NCBI GenBank assembly: GCA_000934665.2
Contig: JYFJ02000322.1
Coordinates: 123,599 to 143,598 of the forward strand
Length of the DNA stretch: 20,000 nucleotides
Reading direction: 5' to 3'
Source of the DNA: Catajapyx aquilonaris
Lineage: Eukaryota
Position 1 is the first letter of the stretch; each line of letters starts with the position of its first letter. This document shows, piece by piece, positions 1 to 11,520 of the stretch. A model generated the notes under the pieces. It worked only from the letters and a program-made list of their open reading frames with translations, ran no database searches and had not been told where the DNA came from. A program made the position numbers and the translations under genes.

Positions 1-1199
1 CACAATAGGCCCTGGATTCACCCTCACCAAAATGCTAATCGTCCCTCTTCACCTCCTCGTCCCCTTTAAACCCCCAGGCCTTTCCTCCCGGCAGCCAGAA
101 TCCTAATTTAGACGCCTTACCATGCCAGAGGATTTGCAAGCGAGGAATCTGGCATTTAAAACTTGGACTCCACCTCCCTAGAATTATTATGACTCTAGGA
201 CCCCACAATTTTTCTTTTAAAAAAAGAAGTAGATGAGGTGTTTGTGACTCTGACATGTGCTCGAGGTTCACACAGTTAAGTCTATAGTTTTCATGTTTGT
301 TCAGCTTCACTATGCAAACTGAGGGGAGCTGACCTCAATGGTACTGTGCAATACAGGAACTTGCAAACAACTTGTACGATACCACCTCATTAGACACGTT
401 TATTATAGGCTATAACGGGCGTACGTTCCCTTCAACTTTGGTGAATACAGTGCCTCATATCCTTTTCATAAGCCTTTTCTTAACTCCTGAAGTCACCCAT
501 ACTCATCACCGCGGCTAAATTACAACAACAGTAGCCTACAGTTTAGGCGTATAATTCCAAGAGAATATGTTTGCTCAGATACCCTGAGGGCTTCTTGTCC
601 GGATATGCCTTCAACAAAACCGTACAGTGACGTGTAGTGGTAAGGTTTACACTGCGTGTACTATACAGTATGCCAAAGCCTTTATTTGCTAATTAAATGC
701 CACATTAACAATGGCTGAAAAGCATTGCATCTTCTGTCGCACTAAAGTTGAATAATGCTGCGTTATGTTCGTCTTACATTTTCGTACCTTGCTTGCCCAA
801 CATACAGTATCGCAATAATAACACAATAGCCACATAATATTATACCGGTGAACCTATAAAGCTAGTTAAATGAACTTCATTTTAGAAATATATTTTGAGG
901 AACCAGCTGTTAACAACAATAAATTATACTGCTAATTTTAATCGCTTTCTTTAGTCAGAAAAATTAATGTTTTCTGGAGGTGATCTGGAGGTGGTGCAAC
1001 TACACATTCCCCTATAATAATAGCCTTATTTTTTCGCCTCCGGAACGCTCCGGAAGGAGAACGGTCCCCTGGTGAGTGCTGCCACCTTCTGATCACGGCA
1101 CTAAGTCATTAGGCCTTGCCAAATTTTGGCTACTGGTGCGCTAGTTAATTATTATAATTTCACTGATGGATTTTGAACATAAAACAAGAGAACCTCGAG

Positions 1200-1830
1200 A
1201 AATCCCACGTAATCACGGATTTAACTTGTTTAATACAATCTTCCCACATAATCTGCAGGTCGAGTTACGACAACTTTTCAAAACTGAAAATTCAACCTCA
1301 GAAAAATCATTTCTTTCTCCCTCCAAAAGTACGGAACCTCTCATTAAAACCGCTCACGTCAAAGCAAGCTCCATCGCACAAGGACATATCCTGCACGAGA
1401 CTGGCAACCAAAACCTCTCAGGTCCTGACAAATACCCTGGTAACCAACCACCTCTTTGCTAATAAGCAGTCTCAATCCCCCTCCTTCAAACCGATGTGGT
1501 ACAAAGCCTCAAAAACCAAGAAAAAAAATGGCGGTACATTGTCTCCCTTCCCATGAGATTTGTCCTTTCCCAAACAAAAACCCTCCCTTGGTTATTCAAG
1601 GAGGAATACACTGTGCTGGTGGAGAGAAGCTTTGCTACAAGAGTACGGGACCCACTCTATATGATTGAGAGTTGGGAGAAGACGCAGTCAATCCGACGGC
1701 AGATCGAACGGAAGGCACACAAGTGGTGGCAGAGGCTTGCTCGAATCCTTCAAGAAGAAAAAAATAAGTAGTGCAAAAAAAATAGTAGGCACCTGCTGCG
1801 CCCCCACTAGCACATCCAAGCTTCCTTTTC
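1200..1830 (+). mobile_element. Highly degenerate non-LTR retrotransposon ORF fragment, RTE-like (endonuclease-RT linker region)
   Basis: Across frameshifted + frames, motifs occur in the order expected for RTE ORFs: FPHNLQVELRQLFK (cf. SDHNLVxAKLxLKL), KTLPWLFKEEYTVLVERS (cf. KPWxxxExxxLIxERR) and QSIRRQIERKAHKWWQRLA (cf. KxVKRxxRxDKxxWWxxxA). By-eye resemblance only, with no alignment run. Boundaries are approximate. Confidence 0.25.
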
Positions 1831-2793
1831 GCAATTTCATCGCCTTTCCAGCATTCCTGTCTTCTTTTCCTCTTTTTTCACTGCACCAAGACCCATCCAC
1901 TTTCCATACATTGTACAGGAGAAGGACGAAAGGAAGCGGGAGTTTAGATGGAACTGGGCGTGCGGAATAAAACGAATATGGAAAGGATTTAGGCGCCACC
2001 TGGAGCTGGATTATTCCGGGAACCGGGGTAGCTTAGTCTTATTTTTTTACGGGGATATGAAATATCGATGTTAATCGAACGGCTGGATGCAATTTATTAA
2101 GAAAGTTATAAGGGAAAGTGGGTTGAAATATTTATTCATATTGTGTTATCAGAAAGCAATAGCCTGAGTAATAAATACAGCCTTACTTAATTAACGTTTT
2201 TGCTGCATATGCCCCATACTCCAATTGATTGTCATTTCAAATTATTACACAGTTACAATAACATATTTTTACGATCGCAGAGAATTTTTGGAGGCTACAT
2301 TACCCGCGATAGTACCCAAGGTACTATAGTGTAGCAAACGACCACATTTTGGAAGAACTAGCGCAACAAAATGGTAATGATTATACTCCCCTATTGTTCT
2401 GAAACTTAATGTTACGACCTGGATTATATACGGCGATGCGCTTGCAGAACTAGAATTTCTCTGCGCTAAAAATAAAAAAAATAAGTTGTAACAGTATAGG
2501 TTGTTTTTCCTGCTCAAGAGTTACCATCCAGCGCACTGTACAATCAGGATCAATATTCCAGCGGTGCGAACCAGCTAATCCATGCTGATGTGCAGTTTGA
2601 AAAGCTCACCCGAATTACGAAACAACCCGCAAATTTTCTAGTAATGACATCCCTCCCAGCAGTTTGTTTGTTTCATTACAAGGGTCAGCAGACCAGGTCG
2701 TCCTGCGGCCAAGTCACGTCAAGAATTCATATCACATCCGAGTTCTTCCCGATAAAATCCCAGCTTCCCTTCCAATTAAGCATAAATCATTAA

Positions 2794-3012
2794 GGAGGCT
2801 CTGGCAATCGAGCCTCACGTGTTATAGAGCAACAATCTCAGGGCTTTAAAGCTGAAAAGTGGAGAGCCTTTCTCGTATACTGTATAATATACCTCCCGAG
2901 AGGAAGCATCTCCTTTAAGAGGCAGAAGACGAATCGCAGGGAAGCCCAGGAGCTCCTGCTTCCTTCAATTAACCCCATTCTGCAGTCCCACAAAACCGAC
3001 AACCATACTTGA
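2794..3012 (+). pseudogene. Degenerate EnSpm/CACTA (CMC)-like transposase fragment
   Basis: A stop-to-stop frame absent from the ORF track reads GGSGNRASRVIEQQSQGFKAEKWRAFLVYCIIYLPRGSIS... The segment RASRVIE...GFKAEKWRAFLVY (core 2842-2880) resembles the RxPRxI...GFKAxEWxxFLLYY...LxGxL motif of animal EnSpm/Mirage-type transposases. Flanking frames are broken. Confidence 0.3.
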
Positions 3013-5408
3013 ATATTGCCCCAGATTAATGTCGCATTCATCTTCGCTCCTTGAAGGAAAAGCACGAACTGGGTGGGAGAAGGCAAGTCTAGAGATGGTG
3101 CCAACATTGCCCTTCCAACGCAGAAATGCAGAATATCTTGTGCCCTCAACATAAGCAAGGTGTGTAGAAATAAACTGAAACAAGCCCCCGCTGTTTTTAA
3201 TAATTATTATACTGGTAGAAAGTTAGCCAGTGCAGTATAATGTATAGTATGAAGTATTCATATCGCAGCACAACCACTCCGGATTAGTGCGGCTTCACAC
3301 ACCTGCGTCGAATAATATGTTTAGAAAGCAGCCGTTATGCTCGTCTCTTATAACCCCACACCTACCAGGTTAATTGCATTCCTGCAATGGCGGCGCTCCC
3401 TGCGTCAACAGTAGTGTAGCCGGATTATAACTACGCTTTAGACTAATTACAGTAGCATGATAATTCTGCTGTGGCGTCAGACAAAGCGGATGTAGCATTC
3501 CGCAAGTCAAAAGCCGCAGAAGCACCAGTCGCCTGTGCACTAGTGGAATTGATTTGATAATATGTATACCAACCCGGAGAGAAGGGGGGGGGGGCTGTTC
3601 TCCTAATAAAAATTTAACGCCCGGTTATGTGGCTGGTAATCTGGTCCACAGCTGCAAAACAAAGGGCCTGGTCTAGGGCTTGAAATAATTATGAGAGTCG
3701 CAGCGTAATGAACACTGGCACCATCTGCGGTCATCATGATTGCTCCATAAAATAATAGGCCGGTGACATCGCCCACTGCTGCCAAAAGGTGTCATCTCCA
3801 TGCAGCTGGACCCAGTAAGGGCTCATGACAATTGCAATGTTTACGCAGAATTCTGGGATCCTTCATTATATTCATAAGTGTAGCTTACAATCTAACAGTA
3901 ACTAATGATAAATGCTGAGAAAACCAATGGTTATAGTAGCAGATTATAATATTATGCGACGTTTCTGTTCGAGGATGATGGATGTTGGGCAGTATTGCGA
4001 TAAGTACATAAGAGTAACAACCCCTTCGACATAGGGTCATAACTCTATAACGCAAAAAATTACCCTCAAAATGACCCTTAAATGTTTAAAGCGACTATGG
4101 AAAGGTGTAAATGATGAATACAGGAGTAGATTAATTACAAAGCAGGCCGTCAATTTTCTAATAAATCTTCATTATAACTTTAATAACACGAGTCATGTAC
4201 CCGCCAATTAATTAGGTGCAGAAATAATTTTTGCAATTAACCTAAGTACCTCACGCTTCTCATAAGGTTTATTGCATTAATCTGTGGACCAAGGGAATAT
4301 ATTTTCTTTTAACTGCACGTCATGTCAAACATTAAAAGCACTACTATTGTAGCGCAAAAATTTCAGTAAATGTGCAGAATCACGCTTGACACGCAGCTCA
4401 AACCGGTCAAAAATATCCATTTTATGTAACTATTTAGCCATAATTACGCTGCAATAATTTTCATCAGTTGCCTTAAATATTGCCTTCAAATATTAGGTTG
4501 CTTGGACACATCCTTCAGGGCTTGGATATGTGATTGAATTTGGCCTCAAATCAGCAGCGAATTAATAACTGGTGATAGTCACCGTTCCTTAAAAAATAGC
4601 TTTCGGAGAATAAAATAATCGAACACTATGTTGAACTATTCATCATATATCTCACTGCAGCCTTTCAGAGAGAAAAAAAATGGCCTCCGCAATGATGTGA
4701 AATATGGGCAGAGGTTACTGCGGTTGGCACTCACGGTAATATAACAATTCAAGCCCCATCGTATAACAATGCACTTTCGACCCAATCTGAGCGGAAGTTA
4801 TAGTCGCAATTCCACAATCCCATTTGAAGTCATAAGCTTTGGCTGCTGCACCGTGCTCTTCCAAACCAATCTAAGAGGCTTTTCTGGACATTACCCGATT
4901 AAATTATTCCGGTACTTGGTCAAGTTTTGACGCCTTGGAAAACGACACCCGAAGGTATTTTCGCAAGCAGTACGAGAATTAATCCGGCTTGCCTTCTTTT
5001 TTGGCCATCTCGCCAATATTGCTGGAAATTTGCCGGAAAACTGCAATTTGGGCAGGTCTTTTCCGAGCCAGCGAACGCACGCACACCGCGATGAGTCCCC
5101 CCCCCCCCNCCCGAACCGTTTTCCCTCCCCTTTGTACACAGTGTAGTAGCCGTACCCACATTGCTTCCTTTCCGCCATTCACTCTCCGAGTTGGTCTTAA
5201 TAGGCTTCCTAATCAGCACGGGCTGGGTCGGCGGGAAATGAGACTCACTCTGTGGGAAGCTAAAGAGGCCGTAAGAGGATTAGGTTATAAGTGCACCCAG
5301 TTTCCCTGGGCTTCTACAGCTGCTCGGGCCTCCACCACCTTTCCAGACGAAATACCTACGTACTCTGTGTACTGTACATGAAATAGACACGGGTGGCACA
5401 CACTGCTC

Positions 5409-5946
5409 ACAAAAAGAGCGAATTTAGCTGCAAAAGTAGCAACTATTCACAATCACTGCTTACTCTGATTCGACTTGGTGGGCCGAAAAAAGCAAAGGCT
5501 ATTATTTTATAGGATAGACTTGATCTCAATTGAACTACAATTCATACTAATTTACGTCATTGATTAGGTGTATGCAATAAAAGCCTATCCGAATTATTCT
5601 GTTCACAGAAAGCCGCAAAGTAGCATCGACTCAAAATAACTGCTTACTCTGGTTCGACCTGGTGGGCGGAAAAAAGCAATGGATAGCAATTCATCTACAA
5701 TTCATCTAAAATTTAAATTACGTCATTGATTAGGTTTAGGCAATAAAAGCATATCCGAATTATTCTTCTCGAACAAAAAAGCGTATTTAACAGCAAAAAG
5801 TAGCAACGATTCAAAATAACTGCTTACTCTACTTCAAATTGGTGGGCCGAAAAAAGCAATGAAAAGACTCGACCTCAATTCATCTTCAATTCAGATAGAT
5901 TTTAAATTATGTCGTTGATTAAGGCAATAAAAGCATATCTGAATTA
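5409..5946. repeat. Tandem repeat, ~180-bp unit, 3 diverged copies
   Basis: ACTGCTTACTCT recurs at 5455, 5639 and 5819, and GCAATAAAAGC at 5574, 5740 and 5924. TGGTGGGC(C/G)GAAAAAAGCAA, AAAGTAGCA and TTACGTCATTGATTAG-like blocks repeat in the same order in each unit, with indels between units. Confidence 0.88.
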
Positions 5947-6259
5947 ATCGTAACACTGACATAATTTTTAAACAATTAGGTCCCTCTAGGCCCATATCGG
6001 CTGAGGGATGAGATGCAGGGGGTGGGGGTGGGGGGGTGGATAAAATCAAATTATTGTTATCAGAACGTGCCACGCTTGTGGGGCATGAAGGCTCTATAGG
6101 TGTATCTAGCGCACCACACCGGTACGGACTCGGGTTGCGCATCTGCGTCATACTATTAAACAGATAGTTCCAGTGATGCTGCAGAAGGGTTTGACATCGC
6201 TCTTTTGCAGGTCATGCTCCGTTATCACCAAGTCACTACTCCAAACTTTAGTGGAGCCA

Positions 6260-6300
6260 TGACGAAACCATGGATAAACTTAATCCATGGTTTGACGTCA
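6260..6300. repeat. Short hairpin/inverted repeat
   Basis: AAACCATGGAT (6265-6275) and ATCCATGGTTT (6283-6293) are perfect 11-bp arms around a 7-nt loop. They extend with TGACG/CGTCA across a 2-nt bulge. Confidence 0.6.
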
Positions 6301-7592
6301 AAACATCCTTATAACGCGCAGGAAGCCGCTGCCTCTGCAATAAAATTGTTCGCCTAATTGACTAGCTTGGCACTGTACAGTCGGTTAAAAAAAGTGGTTC
6401 CCTTTTGGTGGCTAACGAACGATGTAGGAAGCACAAGTTTGTCGCAAACGACACCCATTATCCTTCAAGCTCCTGTCCCACCCACCTCAGCATCCTTACC
6501 TGGGCCTCGCCTTTGATCCTATATGTCTCTTTGACCTTGTCATGGGAGCCAGGTTTATTAAATTTTCATCCTCGACGAGGTCGACTGAAGTGCAAAGCAC
6601 CTGCCAGAAGAAGCATTGTCCAAGCTTGTTGTTCAGGAGGAAATTTTGGTGGAAGGTAGTTGGATCTTCGCCACAGCTTTTTTTTCTCTCTCTTTCCTCT
6701 TCTTCTTCTTTCTTTTTTTGATCTAAACCCAGCCGGGGCAAAATAATCGGGTCTGTTCGCTCCGGTTGGCAAGACTCAACCGCCTTGCCCTCCCCCATAA
6801 GAACGTAATTGGACCTTGGGCTTACGCTTCATTCGTCTTAATGGAGCGAGATGGATGTAAGGCCTTTGGGTCGGGCCAAGAATCCGTGTTGGGAGCGGCC
6901 ACCCGAGATAAAACTCGGCCACAGGATCTTTTCAACTTTCATTCTACCATCCGCTTCCGCCTTTTTTTTATATACTCTCTTCTTCAGTTCTTCTTTAAAC
7001 CTCTCTCTCTCTCTCCATCCCGCCTCCTTTTACTCCACGCTCTTCACGCGAAAACTAATGTGTGAAAAGTACCTTCAAGCTTTAAAAGTCCATGCTTTTT
7101 CGGGGGCGAGAAAATTTTCCTTCCAAAGTTGGTAAGGGCCTATTTAGACATTATTAAATTGGGTTATGGTTGTGGGAAGGGAAAACAACAATGGAGCCAG
7201 TTAGTGGGTTTCGGACAAGTCAAATGTCATCAACGTTGGTTCAGCTACTGTACACTGAAGTTGTGCCATTTGGCATGACTAACTCTGTAAGACCTCTAGG
7301 GCAGACCAAGTTTGTACTGTATTTTGTCGCCAGACTATATTGACATAATGTTCTGTCCAAACTGTTCATAACAAGACTCTATATGCAAAATATTCTCAAA
7401 TGAACTTGTTAGGTGCTGTGAACAGCTTATAATCGGAAAGTTTAATTTGTTCACATACCACCGAGCTTTTATTATTTATTTTTAAATCATAAGTTTTAGT
7501 GTTATGTATTTTTATTGATATTAGACCTACACACAATCTATTAATTTTTACATTGTTACATTACCGTATGTCTTATTTACTCTCTAAATATT

Positions 7593-7754
7593 TTCGAGTG
7601 AAACTGTCACTCAAAAAATGAACAATTTCGCAAATATGGACTTCAACTCGAATCGAGTGGAGAATTACTTGAAAGAAGAGTGAAAATGAGCGTGAGATGG
7701 CTTTTTCAGTGAGCGAAACCCATTTCGCTCAATTTGAGCGGTTTTTCACTCGAA
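7593..7754. mobile_element. MITE-like remnant with 11-bp outer inverted repeats and internal GAG(T/C)GAAA inverted repeats
   Basis: TTCGAGTGAAA (7593-7603) is the exact reverse complement of TTTCACTCGAA (7744-7754). Inside are GAGTGA-AACTG-TCACTC (7596-7612), the perfect 9-bp hairpin TGAGCGAAA-CCCA-TTTCGCTCA (7710-7731) and further GAGTG/CACTC copies. No clear target-site duplication. Confidence 0.42.
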
Positions 7755-7869
7755 TCTAAATGGTTTTTCGTGTCAGATAACCATTTAAGTAAGGTACACT
7801 ATTGGATGTAATTTAAAATATGGAGGAAAACTAATCTTAAATTAAACTTTCAACGTTTTTTGCCACTTG

Positions 7870-8200
7870 CACTTAACTGTGTTAATCAAATACTCGTAAA
7901 ATAACGTCACCTGAGAAAACTTCCGATAATCAAAATCCGGCGGCTTAATTCGTGGCACGAGAAATAACACGTGCCTCTCCCCAAAAAAAGAAGAAGTTTC
8001 AACGACTTTTTTTTCCGGCAAGCTATTTTGCAGCAGCGTCACCTCCATTTCCTGGAAGTAAATTTCCAGAGAGGAGGTTGGGGTGCGGGGGGGTTGACGG
8101 ATTTGAGCGTCGTTAATAGGCCAAGATTGTTCCATTTCCTACTCCGATTTGCCTGGGCCTCCCCGCCATCTTTCCATGCCTTGACTGCTGCCTTCATTTG
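7870..8200 (+). mobile_element. Very degenerate L1/Tx1-like ORF2 fragment (post-RT region)
   Basis: LTVLIKYS (cf. RxTLIKS) is followed in ORF 7971..8264 by FNDFFFRQ...QRGGWGAGGLTDLSVVNRPRLFHFLLRF (cf. FFxFLW...GGLGLxDLxxxNxALxxKWLxR). By-eye only. Confidence 0.2.
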
Positions 8201-11112
8201 CAAAGTTACGCTCTCGAAAAGGGATCGATTCCACCCATTTTACTCGTCCCTAATGAGAAGTTAACGCCTCCTGTTTTTCGCCTCTTTACCCTTTATTGGC
8301 CTGCGCCCCAGAATAATAAAACTCGGCCTCTTGGGAATACGATGCTTACTATAGTTATAAGGTAAGTAGTTGTTTGGTAGTAGGTTACTTCCACCACTAT
8401 TCAAGCACCGTCTATACAATCAATGTCACTAAATTCTGAGAACAAATAAGTTCCATTAACAGACCCAGTGTGTGGAGGAGATAGGCCCCCAAAAAATTGG
8501 AGCGTCCGAAAAACACGATTGTGGCCTGGACGAATCCCGGTTCTACTACTCTTGTGCCCTATCCCATCAGCTACCAATGGTGCTTGCCAGTAATTACAAA
8601 CAGGGGTAGTACGAAGGGCTTGGAAAAAAAGGGGGGGCGGAAAAAAATCGTTAGCGCCGATGCTAGTGAAGAATGGTGGATCTGATAAAACGGACAATAC
8701 AAATACGGCTCGTTTTCCTGCTTCATAATGGACTGCGAAACGGTGCCGTGAACACCAGCCCCGGAGAGTCTGCAGCTTCCATAACCTCAACATTCTCCGG
8801 TAATGCCATCCGAAAAACCGGGGGCTCCAATCTACTTTTTTTTCTCCCAGTTTCGGTGCGAAAGAGAACCACTGTAATGACCATCCTCCGGTTTTGTCTT
8901 TTAATTGAGCCACCTGGGTATAATAACGAGAAAGCAAGCAGTCCACCGTTATTTTTTGGGGGGTAAAGTTAAGCTACTTTAGCACGATGGTGACATGTCC
9001 GAACAGGACATACGCATGCGCTTGTATGGGTACAGCACCCCCTAGGGACATCAAACCCTATGCCTTTGTTCGGAGTGTGATGGAAATTAAACGAGTGGGC
9101 ATCCACAGAAACCTGACCTGCACCAGGCCCACATCATTACATTGGTTTTGAACAGCGGTTTTCGCATTTCGTTCCCAACGTTCATGGCTGGCCCTCTTGG
9201 GGATACAAGAAACAGAAATTATTTCTTCACCAAGCGATGGTGTGCATGACCTCTTTTTTTCCACACAGGTGATGAATCCACCAGTACCACTGTTTGTTTC
9301 ATGTCATGTTGCGCCCGATAGGTTTTTTTTTTTTAATGTTTCCAGTAGCCCATTGTGGTAACACTGAACAAAATTCGTTGCCGACATTGCAGTAAAATTG
9401 CGTGTAAAAATTTTCCAGGCTTGAATCTGTTTTTCAGACAATGAGAGTGCAAGATTATTGATAGTTACTGATAGTGCCAGGAAGGGGATTGAAAACCCTG
9501 GAATTAATTGCGGGGTATATATACTGTGTTGAGACTGACAAATTAGTGGATCCAGCCTTTTGCGAGCGATCTAGACTTGACATAGGGTTATTATTCTGGA
9601 AGCTGAATTATACAGGGGATGCTACGCGTAATTATTTGTTTGCATTAAATCTGCGCATTTTGTGTACATTTGCTATAGAACAAACATCGGGGCAGAGTAT
9701 ATACTACAAGAGTATGCCTTCAATGGGTTGAGAGCATAAAAGTTTCACTTGTGTGCTAATGACAGCGAATATTCACGTCCAATAAGTAATGGAAGATTTT
9801 GCAGAATAGTGTGACAAAAAGTATTGCTTATGCATGACAGCTGGCAAGTTATACACTACGAACTGTGCACAATTTCACCATCTGAATTAGATTTGCGAGT
9901 GTGTGACCCACTGTATATTTTCAGGTCCTGAGGGTATATGCGAATATGAATTCAATTTTTTATGACTCCCGGCCAGTATAAGGATATTCAGCACATTCAC
10001 TGGCTTCCCATTACAAGTACACTTTTGACATGTACCGTACAAAAAGAGTCGCCCTGCAGCAAGATATTTAATCTGACATTGTACTAGAGGATTTTAATAT
10101 GCGATCACAGACCAAATGTAAAAAAAATGGTATTGATACATTCATAAAAGTTGGCATACAGAGAAATCCACTAACCCCAACTTTGGCTGTTATGAATTAA
10201 TTTATAGGCATTTTTGCTGCTTTATCGCCTCAAAGTCCCCTTATTCATAATGAGCCAAAACGACAGGATTTTCTGTCGTCACTCTCATTAAACACTGCCT
10301 AATTGTACACCACCAACAGATCAGTCTTGACGCAATTTACGGCCGGCCCGTAATTACAATTCTATTCCAACTCTACAGACCTGTCGTAATATCCTATTTC
10401 GCAGCATTCTCCGCACTAACATTTGCATCAAGATCTAGCCTGAACCTTTAGCACGGCGGTGTTTACCCAGATAACCCCATTACGACACCCACTTTTCTTT
10501 CGGTTAAAAGTCCAAGGCAAACTTTTTTTTTCTTTCTTTCCAAGGGCTCTAATGGAGCAGCATCACATCCAGCAACGTGCCATCCAGGCTAAGCCAGTTT
10601 CTTAACATGGCCAGAGGGGTACCTAGCGCAGCATTAATGCCTTCTGAGGAAAGTGCAAATGCAAGCTTGTTTATAGTGAAGGGAGAGACTGGGGGTGTAT
10701 AGACGTAGTTTTCCTTGGGCCCGCCTTAATGGGGCGTAATAGGACAGGTCGCGGGAGTAATCTTGGAGACCCGGTCTCTAAGCCCCCTGCAAACCCAAAA
10801 CTTATCCCCCCAACACTCGCGGCCATGATGAGAAAGTAGCCTATGTGTGTGTAGCAAGCTTGCTAGAGGCACGCTTCGGATTATCCCCACTATACACTCA
10901 CTTATATACACGGGCCCCTCCTTGCATAGCTACGCTTGACGGCGTTTAATACTGTTACGCCACTTTGTCTAAAACTATGTTAATAACAGGGAGGGGCAAG
11001 TGACGTTTATTTTCATCTGGAGACAAATTGCGTCAAAGCTGTTGGAAGGGGCGGAAAAAAAAAGTTTAGACGTGGTTGTCAAGGTAAGTGAGATAAATAC
11101 TCAAGCAGTTGA

Positions 11113-11453
11113 GTAGTTCTGTGTAGAGAGGCTCTAGGGAGAGAGAGAGAGAGTTGACAACCTGTGACGTCATGTCGAGTTGTCTCTGATTGGCTGGACT
11201 GCTGTCCTATGGAGGCCGCCATCTTGCGTTGCTATGGAAATAGTGGCCGGCTCTGACGTCACGTTCGACTCCGATTGGCCTGTACTACTCCAGCCAATAG
11301 GAGCCGGCCGTGACGTCAGAGCCGGCCACTATTTCCATAGCAACGCAAGATGGCGACCTCCATAGGACAGCAGACCAGCCAATCAGAGACAACGCAACAT
11401 GACGTCACAGGTTGTCAACTTTCTCTCCCTAGAGCCTCTCTACACAGAACTAC
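11113..11453. mobile_element. Foldback/palindromic MITE-like element (~340-bp near-perfect inverted repeat)
   Basis: The left arm GTAGTTCTGTGTAGAGAGGCTCTAGGGAGAGA... pairs with the right arm ...TCTCTCCCTAGAGCCTCTCTACACAGAACTAC. Segment 11153-11263 matches the reverse complement of the right arm with 4 mismatches in 111 bp. The left arm has a GA-tract expansion. Inner CTCCGATTGGC/GCCAATAGGAG pairing leaves a ~13-nt centre. The inverted repeat is certain, while the transposon interpretation is inference. Confidence 0.8.
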
Positions 11454-11477
11454 ACAGAACCGTAAACAGTCCATAAT

Positions 11478-11520
11478 TACTCCAGCCAATAAGAAACAAC
11501 GTGACGTCAGATCTTGGCCA
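11478..11520 (+). repeat. Diverged direct copy of the palindrome centre/right-arm start
   Basis: TACTCCAGCCAATAAGAAACAACGTGACGTCAGATCTTGGCCA versus TACTCCAGCCAATAGGAGCCGGCCGTGACGTCAGAGCCGGCCA starting at 11286. Confidence 0.75.

Noticed and set aside
1..240. Possible CR1 3' end on + (KTW..LP...FKKEVDE-like)
   Set aside because: It requires several frameshifts, is truncated by the window edge and has no tail, so it is too weak.
3288..3518. TGCGGCTT/AAGCCGCA inverted pair, and a similar weak pair at ~7208-7362
   Set aside because: The arms are too short or gapped to distinguish from background.
5409..5946. CRISPR array
   Set aside because: The whole ~180-bp unit is repeated, with no unique spacers.
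5393..6073. GTGGCAC/GTGCCAC inverted pair flanking the tandem array as Helentron subterminal repeats
   Set aside because: Only 7 bp, which is expected by chance at this distance.
6496..6798. Minus-strand ORF with KKKEEEEERERKK
   Set aside because: The charged run is just the translation of a CT-rich low-complexity tract, with no other coding evidence.
8515..8562. tRNA/SINE-like B-box (GACGAATCCCGG)
   Set aside because: It lacks the GTTC core, has no A-box and no cloverleaf can be folded.
8401..8946. 181-aa minus-strand ORF, with LPENVEVMEAAD in another minus frame faintly like R1-type RT (LPxxVxxxxFADD)
   Set aside because: No recognisable domain, composition driven by homopolymer runs, and a single weak motif is insufficient.
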